Both the position numbers and the translations under genes were made by a program. DNA of 64,000 bases from Octopus vulgaris (lineage: Eukaryota): positions 174,344,001 to 174,408,000 of the forward strand of contig OX597816.1 of the NCBI GenBank assembly GCA_951406725.2, read 5' to 3'. Below are positions 1 through 12,895 of the stretch, in pieces. The notes below the pieces were generated by a model, which saw only the letters and a program-made list of their open reading frames with translations, was not told the origin of the DNA and searched no databases. Within the stretch, counting starts at the first letter, position 1; each line of letters begins with the position of its first letter.

Positions 1-165
1 TCTGTATATACACACATACATGCACATACACATAACTCTACATACCTACATATACATCGACATACTCGCGTACACTTATATATATATATACATATACACA
101 TATATATACATATATATATATATATATTTATATATATTTATATATAAATATATATATATACACAC

Positions 166-198
<33 letters not shown>

Positions 199-199
199 T

Positions 200-239
<40 letters not shown>

Positions 240-735
240 ACAATTGAGGGTAAAGTTAATTAGTTATTAATCAATTTCACCAAGTATTCAGTATGTAAAA
301 GGACCATTATTTTTTGAGTAAACAATGTCTGAGGGAAAATATTCTCTAAGTAGTGGAAGAGGCTAAAAAACTTTTTGGGCTGCTATTTCTAGAAAGTTCA
401 GTATGTGGCAAAGTAATTTATTTTACTAAGCCCTAATTATATAATATTTTATATATACATACATATATATACACACATACATATACATATGCATACACAC
501 ATATATACATATATATACACACACACACACACACATACATATATATATATTTTTACATACATACACACACACATAATACATGCGTATATTCCTACTATAC
601 CCATACATTTCTATACATATATACGATACACATATACAAGCGTACACATACAATATGTGAAAGGTCTTAGGAGAAAAGGTAATCGGGGGTGCTAGGGGAA
701 CGGTGGGATTGGGGGGGTTTGTGGGTGGGGTGTCA

Positions 736-2876
736 TCAATCTGGTTGCAGGGTAGGTCTATAGTTCTTGTAGTTTGCATAATTCTTATGCATGCAATTTG
801 GGGAGTGTTCTGAGATCTTGTTAAGGAGAGGGCCTTTGGCGAACAAGATCTCTAGGCTCTCCGAAATGCAAAGGTCACAGCAGGTATGGCCTCCTGTGTA
901 CGAACGCGCCTTCTGTAGTAGTTTCCACTTGGTCTTGAAGGGGATGGAGTTCCTTTTAAGGTACCAGATGTGGGCGGCGAGGGTAGTTTGGTTGGATTTA
1001 TCTGGTCGCCAGAACGAGTGTGTGTGGGCGTACCAACGGGTCTTAAAGCTGTTTGACGTCATTCCGATGTAGGATTTTCTTTTATCATCAGGGCCTGATC
1101 TTACCTCGCATGTATATACTAGGTCCCTCTGTAGGCAGTTGTTGTTGAGGGGGCAGGTGGTTTTATCAGGGCAGTTGCAATTGCTATCGGACGTTGGATG
1201 GGCCTCGGAAAAAGTAGATATATTAAGTTTTTTCACATTGTTGTTGGCTAGGTTCCTGGCTAGATTGGGCGTGGTAGAGTAGGAGAGTCTAATAGTGTTC
1301 TTATTTAGGATAGTGTAGTACTTATGTTGGGTGGGGAAGTGTTTCTGTAGGAGAGTGAAGAAGATTTTAGCTACAGGTGTAGCGACCTCACGGTTGAAGG
1401 GGGGTTGTACCAGCTAATGTGTCTTCGTCTATTTTTCCTGGGTTGGCGTGGGGCTATACTAGTATAGGTAATCTTATCTTTAAAGCCACTGCGGGCCAGG
1501 GCCTCGTTGTAATAGGGGGCTGCGGCCTTAAAGATATCTTCCGTGGCGGACAGGCTAGAAATTCTAATTGAGACACTTTTTACTAGGTTATCTAATATAT
1601 TTTTGGGGTGGTTGGAATTAATGTCTATATATCTAAGGGATTCATTTGGTTTGTAGTACGGGTAATAAAGTGAGGTTTTTAAGTCGAGGGTGACGTCAAG
1701 GAAGTTAGCTTTGGTTAAGTTGGATTCTAAGGTAATCCTAAGGCCTAAGTTTTTAAAGAAGGTGTAAAGATTTTTCCGGAACCCATCCGTGGTCCTGGGG
1801 TTTATTTTGTGGAGGGCGAAAAGGCCGTCATCGCGGTAAAGACCACCGGAGAGGCCTGTGAATAGGGTCTTCAGCCTATGGAGGATGAAAAGGCCCACTA
1901 GGTCACTTATTTCAGCAGAGTCGTTAGCACCCATGCTGACGTCGAAGGGGGTCACAGATTTTTTGTTGATCCAGTGGGATCCGTCGTGGAAAAGAAAAGT
2001 CTTACGTGCGTGGAGGATCACATCTTGCTCGGCCTCGGTGATGGTGGAGGACCTCCTGGCGAAGTTAATCGCGTCGATCAGCAAACTCTCCGATATGGAG
2101 GCGTAGTAATCCTCGATATCCAGTTGTAGGAATCGGGTGTTGCTTTTGTCAGGTAAATCCCGGAACCAGGTTATTGCCTCGGAGGTCCTATTCCAGAGTG
2201 GAAGGGGTGAAGCTTCACGCATTTTTGGTAAAATCCTGTCCAGGATCTTCTTGCTGACGGATCCGATGTCAGACTTGGTTGGGTTAATCAGTCGGACCGA
2301 CGGTTTATTTTCGAAATGGTCTTTGTGGTCTTTCAGGGTGAAGTGTGGGGACTTCACCCTCAGGGGTTCAGTTCGGTCATCGATTTTAAGGGAGGTGGCA
2401 ATCTCTTTCCCGGCTAAGTTGGTTTCAGTTAGCGCTGTGTCGTCTACTTTCTTGTACTTAGCTGTGATGGCGTTATCAGCTAGTCTGTTGTAGGTATCCG
2501 GAGTCACCGCATAAATATTTTTTGTCTTGTCCGAAGGGACATGGAGGTGTGGGGAGCTTTTCATTTTCGAAAGTTTCTCATTCAGTTCCGTTTGGAAAGG
2601 TAGGTTGACTCTCCTGAATTTGATGTTTTTTATCATGAGGAAGAGGTCTTCTTCAAACGGTTCAAGTAGGCTGTTGGTAGGAGGGGCCTTATTTGATTTG
2701 AAGCCGTACTTATCATTATTGATAGATGCTACATCAGGATGGTCGAAGAAGAACGATCTCCATCGAATTCTTTTGATGAACTCATCAGTCCGTCTAATGA
2801 GGGCTTTTTGGTACTGTTTCCTTGGTGGGATAGTAATGTTCTTCAGGGAAGTGTCGAGGTCGATTCTTGTCAGCAT
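736..2876 (-). CDS. Penelope RT (LQLDIEDYY, MGANDS, LYRDDG) + CxC/C linker + GIY-YIG endonuclease (LVY...YIG); one 1-nt frameshift at ~1399-1404
   Basis: Track ORFs 1371..2876 and 736..1236 join into one frame (WYNPPFNREV...HFPTQHKYYTILNKNTIRLSYS) if one base is added to the G6 run. N-terminal SLKNITIP and CNC.....CPL...C motifs are Naiad-like. Confidence 0.9.
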
Positions 2877-3008
2877 TTTTTCTTGGTGATGGTTATAAGG
2901 GCACTGGGGTGTGCTAGGATATGTAGGTCCCGGGTTGATTCGGGGTTAACCACATTAAATAAGGTACTCAATACATAGCAGAGTAAAATTAATTTATTAT
3001 ATAGAAGG

Positions 3009-3059
3009 AGCTTCTACAGGACTAGAACTGTTTCATTCAAGAGAAATCATCAGGAAGCT
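3009..3059 (-). ncRNA. Type I hammerhead ribozyme (Penelope pLTR)
   Basis: Minus strand reads AGCTTC-CTGATGA-TTTCTCTTGAAT-GAAA-CAG-TTCTAGTC-CTG-TA-GAAGCT: 6-bp stem I, short stem II, stem III, GUA cleavage triplet. Confidence 0.85.
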
Positions 3060-3354
3060 AGTTAACAAGAATTGTATTGGCATTTATACATTTAGGCAGA
3101 TTTAAAGGGGTGGTGGTGGGGGACTTTTTGGGGGTAGGCATAGCGCAAAAATATCATACTTGGGGGAGTGGTCAAGGAGTCAGTGGTAAATTAGATAAAA
3201 GAATAAATAAAAGAATAAAAAAATATATAGAAGAATAGAGTTTTAGGTAAATAAGGAGATTCTCACTTATACATATACATATATGTATATATACACACAC
3301 ACACACATATACATACACACATACATACACACACACATATATATATATACATAT

Positions 3355-3411
<57 letters not shown>

Positions 3412-3588
3412 TATGCATACATATATATACACACACACATGTATATATACACACACGACCACACATACATATACACACAAAAATATATACATACAGACAC
3501 ATACACACATACACACATACACACACATATCCACATACACACATGCACACACAAGTCCCTATATACACATATATACATATATATACAC

Positions 3589-3619
<31 letters not shown>

Positions 3620-3731
3620 CACATATGTGTACCTATACAAACCTACACATACACATACACGTGTGTTTATGTATATGTAGGTACGTAGAGTTATGTATGT
3701 GTGTATGTATATGTACATATGTGTAAGTATG

Positions 3732-3765
<34 letters not shown>

Positions 3766-4299
3766 CATATATATATGTATATATGTGTGTAAGTTTATAT
3801 GTAAGTATCCGTCTGTATAATAGGTAACTGCACGTATATATACTTAATATTTATTATTTATTTTTTGAGTATGCATGTATGTATATGAATAACTGCACGT
3901 ATTTATATTATTTATTTTTTGAGTATGCATGTAAGTATATGAACATAAGGAGGCGCGTGTGTGTGTGTGTATGTGTAAGCATATGTATAGATATATGTAT
4001 ACTTTGACGCATGTGTGTACTTATGTGTATATATGGATGTGTGTGTGTGTGTGTGTGTATGGGTATGCATGTATATGTGTATGTGTGTGTATGTATTTGT
4101 GTATGTATGTGTGTGTATATATGTATATGTATGTATGTGTATGTATGTATATATATATATATATATGTATATATATGTATATATATATATATATATGTAT
4201 GTGTATGTATATGTATGTGTATGTATGCGCGTATATGTATGTATATGTATATGTGTGGGTGTGTGTATGTGTATATATGTATGGGTGTATGTATATACG

Positions 4300-4416
<117 letters not shown>

Positions 4417-4820
4417 TTGTATGTAGGTGTATATGTATGTGTGTATATATATTTATTGGTGTATATGTATGGACTAGTCTTCTAAGCGTGTAGACATGAA
4501 TCTGTAGGTACGCGTACGTATGTGTATATATGTGAATGTATGTAGATGTATGTATGTATGAATATAACGCGTGCGTGCGTGTATGTGTATGAGTGTACGA
4601 ATGAGTGAGTGTGCGTGCTAATGAGTGTGCGTGCGTGAGTGAGTGCTTGTGTTCAAGTAGAAAGATAAATGGACTTGCTGTCGTAGCCAAGATGCTTGTG
4701 ACCTGCGGTCAAAGATAACAAAAGTAATAAATGAAGATAATAATAAAATTAAAATTAGGGAATGGGTTTGTATTTGTATGTATATGTGTGTATGTGTAAG
4801 TATGTATAGGTACACATGTG

Positions 4821-4867
<47 letters not shown>

Positions 4868-5397
4868 GTATATATATATATATGTATATATATATGTATA
4901 TATGTGTATATAGGGACTTGTGTGTGCATGTGTGTATGTGGATATGTGTGAATGTATGTGTGTATGTGTATGTGTGTGTATGTATATATTTTTGTGTGTA
5001 TATGTATGTGTGGTCATGTGTATATATATACATGTGTGTGTGTATATATATGTATGCATATATATGTATATATATATATGTATATATATGTGTGTATATG
5101 TATATGTATATATATATGTGTGTGTGTGTGTATGTATGTGTGTATGTATATGTGTGTGTGTGTATATATATACATATGTGTATATGTATAAGTGAGAATC
5201 TCCTTATTTACCTAAAACTCTATTCTTCTATATATTTTTTTATTATTTTTTTATTCTTTTATCTAATTTACCACTGACTCCTTGACCACTCCCCCAAGTA
5301 TGATATTTTTGCGCTATGCCTACCCCCAAAATGTCCCCCACCACCACCCCTTTAAACCTGCCTAAATGTATAAATGCCAATACAATTCTTGTTAACT

Positions 5398-5448
5398 AGC
5401 TTCCTGATGATTTCTCTTGAATGAAACAGTTCTAGTCCTGTAGAAGCT
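5398..5448 (+). ncRNA. Type I hammerhead ribozyme (inverted pLTR copy)
   Basis: Same sequence as the 3009-3059 ribozyme on the opposite strand. Predicted cleavage after 5442. Confidence 0.85.
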
Positions 5449-5531
5449 CCTTCTATATAATAAATTAATTTTACTCTGCTATGTATTGAGTACCTTATTT
5501 ACTGTGGTTAACCCCGAATCAACCCGGGACC

Positions 5532-5583
<52 letters not shown>

Positions 5584-5698
5584 CCCTTTTAAGATCCACA
5601 AAGATCAGAACTTCACTGCAGCTCTTGGTGGTCCAAATCGGATATGCAATCTATGTGGATGTCTTTTATGTGTATAAATATATATGTGTGTGTGTATG

Positions 5699-5732
<34 letters not shown>

Positions 5733-5963
5733 TACAAATACACGTATACATACATATATGCATGTGTGAGTATATATGTGTGTACTATATTAAATCTCTG
5801 AGCGATATATATATATGTATATATATATATACACACACACACAGAAATACTTGCTTGTATGCATACATGTGTATATAGTTGCAGACAATGCTGTGTGATA
5901 AAGGAATTTGCTTCTCAACCAGATGGTTCGAAGTTGATTCCTGTTGTGTAGCACTTTTATTCC

Positions 5964-6518
5964 TTTATTTGTTTAAGTCATTTTGATTGTGGCCTTTGGT
6001 CGAGCAAATCGACCCCAGGACTTATTCCTTGTAAGCCTAGTACTTATTCTGTGGAGGCGCAATGGCCCAGTGGTTAGGGCAGCGGACTCGCGGTCGTAGG
6101 ATCGCGGTTTTGATTCCCAGACCGGGCATTGTGAGTGTTTATTGAGCGAAAACACCTAAAGCTCCACGAGGCACCAGCAGGGGATGGTGGTGATCCCTGC
6201 TGTACTCTTTCACCACAACTTTCTCTCACTCTTACTTCCCGTTTCTGTTGTACCTGTATTTCAAGTGTCCGGCCTTGTCACTCTCTGTGTCACGCTGAAT
6301 ATCCCCGAGAACTACGTTAAGGGTGCACGTGTCTGTGGAGTGCTCAACCACTTACACGTTAATTTCACAAGCAGGCTGTTCCATTGATTGGATCAACCGG
6401 AACCCTCGTCATCGTAACCGACGGAGTACTTCAGAGTACTTCTATCGGTCTCTTATGCAGAACCGCTAAATCACAGGAACGTAAACACACCAGCATTGAT
6501 GTCAAGCAATGTTGGGGG

Positions 6519-6554
<36 letters not shown>

Positions 6555-6720
6555 CTACGACAGGCTTCTTTCAGTTTCCATCTACCAAATCCACTCACAA
6601 GGCTTTGGTCGGCCAAAGGCTATAGCAGAAGACATTTGCCCAAGGTGCCATGCAGTGGGACTGAACCTGGAACCATGTGATTGGTTAGCAAGCAACTTAC
6701 CACGCAGCCACTCTTGCGTC
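5964..6720 (-). mobile_element. tRNA-derived SINE family 2, interrupted by a family 1 SINE
   Basis: Homologous to 17803-18222, split at ~6051/6435. Confidence 0.8.
6052..6430 (+). mobile_element. tRNA-derived SINE family 1, nested in a family 2 SINE
   Basis: A box TGGCCCAGTGG, B box GGTTTTGATTCCC. Near-identical to 16391-16783. Confidence 0.85.
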
Positions 6721-7646
6721 TATACTTTAAGTAACTATACTTGAGAAAATCCATCATTCACAGAAAAAGGAGCTCCTAAAAGCATTGTTTATGCTTGTAT
6801 GTGCAGGGCTCTGTGTGTACCTCCATTCTAGCTTGTCATCCATTAACCACATCTTATTTCTCTAACATCCACCCTTCCATCACTTTTCTATCTAAAACAT
6901 CACTTACCTGTAATCACTGTCATTCACAGCTACATTCTTCTTCCACTGAAATCATTTTCATCCCTCATTCTCCTCATTAACCCTTCCTACACTATTTTCA
7001 CCCTGATCATCTTTGTCACACCTCATCAATAACATCTCTCATATCAACAATCATCAATTGTCATTCACAGTACCTTCTCCTAACTGCCATCACACCCCAC
7101 TCACTGTAGCCACCCTTATAAACCTCTACATCTCCCTCCAAAGCATTCCTACACCTTCTGATCTATCTTACTTCTTGAGCCACTTTTACCTTTCTGAACT
7201 TCACACTAATATTTCCATCAATCACACCTCCACCCTTTCTTCACCAATCCCCACATTCAACTCTACCCTCATCTCTAACCATCTGTTATTTTCCTCTCAA
7301 GCTCTTATGAAATTACTCACCTTCCCACTCCCTAATTTGTTGTCACTATCTTCTCTCATGCTCACCTTTTCATACCTTGAGAGTTTGCTCTGACACACTA
7401 TCACCACAACATCCATCTTCTTCCTTACTACTCCTACTCACCTTTATATAATAGTGGTTGTCACGTATCTTCTCTACAGCAAGGCACTTCTGATCATTTC
7501 TCTATCACACTTTTGCCTCCCAACACTGGCATAAGGCCACACACCCACCTCAAATATTCTCTCTACTTAGTTGAAGGAGTTTTTTGTCTGGTTTCATGAA
7601 TAGGAGGGGGAAAAGAGGTAGGAAAAGGAAGAAGGGAAGAGAAGAA

Positions 7647-7924
7647 AAGAAAGGCACTAAAACAGGGGGTAAGGAGTTGAGGCAAAAGGCCAAGAAAGGC
7701 ACTAAAACAGGTGGTAAGGAGTTAAGGTAAAAGGCCAAGAAAGGCACTAAAACAGGGGATAAGGAGTTGAGGCAAAAGGCCAAGAAAGGCACTAAAACAG
7801 GGGGTAAGGAGTTGAGGCAAAAGGCCAAGAAAGGCACTAAAACAGGGGGTAAGGAGTTGAGGCAAAAGGCCAAGAAAGGCACTAAAACAGGGGGTAAGGA
7901 GTTGAGGCAAAAGGCCAAGAAAGG
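7647..7924. repeat. 45-bp minisatellite, 6 copies
   Basis: Unit AAGAAAGGCACTAAAACAGGGGGTAAGGAGTTGAGGCAAAAGGCC. Confidence 0.95.
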
Positions 7925-7963
7925 GAAAAGATACCGAAAGAAATAATAGCACCAGTAACTTAC

Positions 7964-8077
7964 TTTAATTATTGTACATCCAATAGTTTCATTGTCGTCT
8001 CCCAATTTTGTTCGAGATGTTTTCTGCATCAGCTGCACCATGACTTCATCCTCGTCTTCGGAAACATCAAAAGCATA
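7964..8077 (-). CDS. CAPN5: Calpain-5-like coding exon 8 (YAFDVSEDEDEVMVQLMQK...TIGCTIIK); gene continues beyond the window start
   Basis: Domain III pattern Y.FDV...EDEV...L.QK typical of CAPN5. 114 nt, cttcag/gtaagt borders, phase 0/0. Confidence 0.9.
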
Positions 8078-8153
8078 CTGAAGTTTTTGAAATAACAACA
8101 GTAATGATTAGAACCAGAACAATTACAACAGCAGCAACCAGGACCGGATTTAA

Positions 8154-8374
8154 CCCTTTAGTGTTTAAACCGGCCAAATCCGGCCCAATATATTCTACAT
8201 GTTTTATATTTGAACTAGCCATATCTAGCCTCTCACACCTAACCTACATTGACATTCTAAAAATAAATATTCACATCATGGAAACCTCAAAGCTATAAGA
8301 TAATGCATGATTAATTCAAAACAATTTGAGTGAAAAAGCATTACATTTAACAGAGTAATCTGAACATTTAAGGG
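8154..8374. mobile_element. piggyBac-type MITE
   Basis: TTAA-CCCTT...AAGGG-TTAA with ~16-bp imperfect TIRs. Confidence 0.75.
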
Positions 8375-8902
8375 TTAAACCATGGGGTCCCAGGGCACTT
8401 CAAATTTGGTGAGCCCCTTCATGCACAAGAATTAAAATTTTGGAAAATTTGCAAATTTGTATCTCAAAACCCATCCACTGCATGTAATTGTATTTGACAG
8501 CAGAGAAAGTTGAAATAAACAACTGAAAATGTCACCTTACAGATACACTTTTCAAAATTCAAATTTTTTTTCTCACACATTCACTTGCAGTGTTTAACTT
8601 TCCTTTCATTGTGAAACGTACAATGAAGGAGGGTAGATTGGGTAAGATTTTTTTCTTTAGCACAAATTATAAATGTTTCAGAATGAAGAATACGATGACA
8701 ACAAAATTACAAAAAGAAAAATATATCATTTTAGTGGTTGTTGTTCCAAAGTTATTATGAGTGTGTTTATGTGAGGGAAGAGACAAACATTGAAAAGACA
8801 TGAATTTTTAAAACTTTTGTTTTTAAAAAGTTTCCCTTCATTGTATGGAAAAAAAAGGGAAAATCCTGACAAAATTTGCAAAATTCCATTATATATGGGA
8901 CA

Positions 8903-9763
8903 TCATCATCATCGTTTAACGTCCGTTTTCCATGCTAGCATGGGTTGGATGACTTAACTGAGGACTGGTGAACCAGATGGCTGCACCAGGCTCCAATCTC
9001 ACCTCGCAGAATTTCTACAGCTGGATGCCCTTCCTAACACCAACCACTCCGAGAGTCTAGTGGGTGCTTTTATGTGCCATTGGCACAAGGGCCAGTCAGG
9101 CGGTACAGGCAATGGCCACGCTCAAATGGTGTTTTTTACATGCCACCTACACAGGAACCAGTCCAGCAGCACTGGCAACGACCTTGCTTAAATGTTTTAT
9201 CACATGCCACTGGCACAAGTGCCAGTAAGGCGATGCTGGTAACGATCACACTCGAATGGTGCTTTTTACGTGCCACCAACACGGAAGCCAGTCAGCTGCT
9301 CTGGTAACGATCATACTCGGATGGTGCTCTTAGCACTCCACTAGCACGGATGCCAGTCATCAAATTTGATTTCGATTTAACTTGCCTCAACAGGTCTTCG
9401 CAAGCAGAGTTTAGTGTCCATTGAAGGAAAGGTATGCATAAGTGGGCTGGTTATACCCCTGGCATAAGCAACGAGGTTATGGTCTCACTTAGCTTGCCGG
9501 GTTTTCTCAAGCACTGTATATTTCCAAAGGTCTTGGTCACTAGTCATTTCCTCGGTGAGGCCTAATGTTTGAAGGTCATGCTTCACTACCTCATCCTAGG
9601 TCTTCTTGGGTCTACCTCTTCCGAAGGTTCCCTCAACTGCTAGGATGTGGCACTTTTTCACTCAGCTATCCTCATCCATTCTTGCCACATGACCATACCA
9701 GCACAGTCGTCTCTCTTGCACACCATATCTGATGCTTCTTAGGTCCAACTTTTCTCTCAAGGC
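8903..9763 (-). mobile_element. RTE LINE 3' fragment
   Basis: (CAT)n-CGTTTAACGTCC tail, GTGCC/GGCAC repeats and C-terminal coding remnant, homologous to 43280-44181. Confidence 0.85.
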
Positions 9764-10410
9764 CAGCAACTTTTCCCTCTTTCAGTCAATTTTTGGCACC
9801 CTGAATTCTTTCAAGTACATGTCTTCCAACCAATCAAGTGATACTGAACTCTTTGCTTTGAGTGATTCCAAATTGAATGTTTCTGAAAACCTCAAGTATT
9901 TGGGTGGTTGGGGGAGCAGTTTGGAAGCAGACATCAAGATCAAGAAAACACAAGCATGGACAACCTGTCACAAACTAAAGAAAGTCTGGAACACCAAATT
10001 GTCCAGGCAAATCAAAATGAAGTTGTTCATTGCAACTGTTGAATCAGTGCTATTATATGGTAGTGAAAGATAGGCTCTGACAAAGAAATGATCAAATGGG
10101 CTAAATGGATGCTACGCAATGATGTTATGAATGGTTCTAAATGTGAAATGGCAGCAACATATGACAAACATATTGCCTTTATGAAGACCTGCCGAAGGTT
10201 AGCGAGATCACACAAAAACAACTGTGTGTTACCCTAAGCTGGGAGCATCCAAATTAGTCTTGTGGAACCCCACTTCATGGTGATTTGAGCATAGGAATAC
10301 ATCATCCCACATCAACAACTTGATTGCAGACACTGGCCTGAAATATATCCAGGACCTCAAAGTAGTGATGATAGGCCGAGGAGTATGGCAGGTAGACTTT
10401 GTTGCCATAA
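9764..10410 (+). pseudogene. RT C-terminal fragment of a different RTE-clade LINE
   Basis: LKYLG...KKVW...KLFIATVESVLLYGSE motif. Confidence 0.7.
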
Positions 10411-12611
10411 TAATAAATAACCAGGCCATAATAATAAATAATATTGTGAAAGTCTGCTTTTCCTGTTTTTTTGACTTGGAGAAAAAAATATTTTTATAAA
10501 AGTTCACTATCTAACAAAAACTACATCAACTAAGCAAATGACCTCTTAATGCATTAAAACATATTCAGAAAATTACCCCCGTTCTCTTTGAGCATATAAA
10601 AGACAAATTTAAATGGGTCAAAATGAGTAAGAAAAGATAAGGTAAATTTGCTTCTTCAATTCTTCAGAATTACATTTGAGAAAAGACTCATATACATCAA
10701 TATCTAGGTCAAATGAAAAGGAATCAAGGAAAAATGGCACAATATGAAACTTGACTATAGGTCCTTCACAATCTGCTGGATTGGCTCTCTGAATTCTGGT
10801 TTAAGCACCCCATAAAACCCCTCGTAACTTTTAGTGTTTTGTTATTTTCAAAACACACGAGGATACAACCATGAAAAAGTTTTCTTTTAATTTTTCAAAT
10901 TTTTTTGTTTTTTAATTAGACAGTCCTAAATTTTGACTTCAATCCCAACAACAGACCATTAAATGTGTTTATAGGGAGAAAGATATTGAAAAGCATCAAT
11001 ACATCAGAGTGACAAAGAAACAAGGAGGGTATCAGGTGGTTGTGAGATGTGCAAAAAATATCAGTTAAATAACCCTTAAATCAGACACAAACATTTTTTC
11101 CTGTTTTTTCATAGTCATATAAATTCCCATGCAAATACAAATTTGCAAAAATTTTCTGAAAATTCTAAAAACTAGAAAAGGTTATGAGATGTTATATGCA
11201 GTGCTTAAAGCAGAATTTCACTCAGCTCTCTTGATACATTTGTGCATCATGCAATTAAAGAGAAGAAATTACTGAAATTAGTCATTACTCATTTTGCCCC
11301 AGTTTAGACATCAGTTTTTGAAAATTGAAAATTATCAAATTAGACATTAGTGTGTGAAAAACTTGACTTGGAACCCAATAGAGGTAAGAATTTGGACTGT
11401 TGAACACCCAAAATTATCTAGATATTTTATTAGCAACCTCAGTTACAACTGGGTCAAAGTTGAGGGGTAATTTCTTGAAAATAAAGTACCTGTTACCTGA
11501 CAGTTTCAAATTGCCTCAACTGCAACAACAATGGTAGCCAATGTTTACTCTCAAGAATAATGAAAGAGTACAAAATGGTGATGCAATACTTGCAATGTAA
11601 TGGTTTCAAACAAGTAGTGAAAAAATAACAATTAGTAATAACTCATTTTGACCCAGTTACCAATTTTGCCTCACTCCCCTGTAATTATTTCAAAATGATG
11701 AAAAGTAGTGATAAAAGAAAGAAAAAGATTTGGTTTAATTAAAGCATGTGAGCATAAAAGCAATAATTCTAAAGCTGAAAAAAAATGTTTTGAGCTGTTG
11801 AGAGATATAATTTTATAATTAAAACTAAATTCAAAATTTAAATTTTAGAATATATTACTTGCCCTTTCCTAAAATAAGACCAGTTTTCAATGCCTCACTG
11901 AAATAATGAAGTTTACAATGGCAATATGTGTGTGTGTCTTTAATGACCAGTGGTCAATCTAAGGTCACTGTGCTCAGTCATGCATTGAAAGAAAGAATCT
12001 GAACTAGAGACAATAAATAACTTCTTTCTGTCAATCTCTTTATCTATCTTTATAAACATCCATACCCCATCTCTCTCTCACACACACACACAGTTACATT
12101 TTTTTGGAATGCTTTATTTTCTGTCAATATCCCAAAAGGGACTACAGTTAATTCCCATGGGAATTGTAGCTACTTTGAGAATAATGAATCGATGTTACTA
12201 ATGTACTTAAAACTATGGTTATTTATCAAGAAAGAGGATCCTTTACATTTTTAAAGATATGTTTGCTTATTGAAAGACAGCCTCTGCATGCAAGATTGCT
12301 GTGATATGGGGGCCTCCCTGTATTGAATGGTACATACCCTTCATAGCAAAAGGGCCCTATAACTAGTGGACACCCAGAGCAATTGCCCTCTTTTCAGCCC
12401 CTATAAATCTGGCCCTGGCAGTTAATGGTATATTCCTAATACATTTGAAATAGTTTAACATTATTTTAGGGTTGGAAATGCATGACAGTTAAAGATAGTG
12501 CACACCACACATTCCACACAGACTACAATCAGAACCAGAATTTGGATTCAATGGTAAAGGCAAAGTAAGATAATTGGCTGACTGTAGTCAGAGGGTGATC
12601 ACTCCATCAGT

Positions 12612-12895
12612 ACAGAGACTTGGGAGACACTTGCTGCCGACCGCTCATCCTGGTGCAGCGCAATCACCACAGGAGCAAAGACAGCCGAGGAGAGACAGAT
12701 TCAGTCAGCAGAACAGAAACGCCAGATGCTGAAAGCCAGAGCCACCTGCACCAATAACACATCCCCTATCCACTTCTGCCCCACCTGTGGGAGGGGCTTT
12801 CTTGCCCAGATTGGCCTCACCAGCCACCTCCGGTCTCATAGCAGCAATTCCACCAAATGACGTCAATGGTCATCTTCGAACCCGAAGGACGAACA
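12612..12895 (+). mobile_element. RTE-type LINE 3' end with C-terminal C2H2 finger
   Basis: WETLAADRSSW...CPTCGRGFLAQIGLTSHLRSH followed by a short 3' UTR. Confidence 0.75.

Larger units (their letters stand above)
8139..12417. mobile_element. Putative non-autonomous hAT-type element hosting nested insertions
   Basis: TIR CAGGACCGGATTTA versus reverse complement CAGGGCCAGATTTA (12/14). GGGGCCCC-like subterminal motifs. Flanks GCAGCAAC/GCAGTTAA resemble a decayed 8-bp TSD. Confidence 0.55.

Noticed and set aside
736-1236. Possible selenoprotein-type Naiad (in-frame UGA)
   Set aside because: The linker and endonuclease Cys positions use normal Cys codons and no internal TGA interrupts the reconstructed ORF.
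6052-6125. tRNA gene
   Set aside because: The tRNA-like head continues into a ~380-bp repeated body, with a TSD at the second copy, so it is a SINE.
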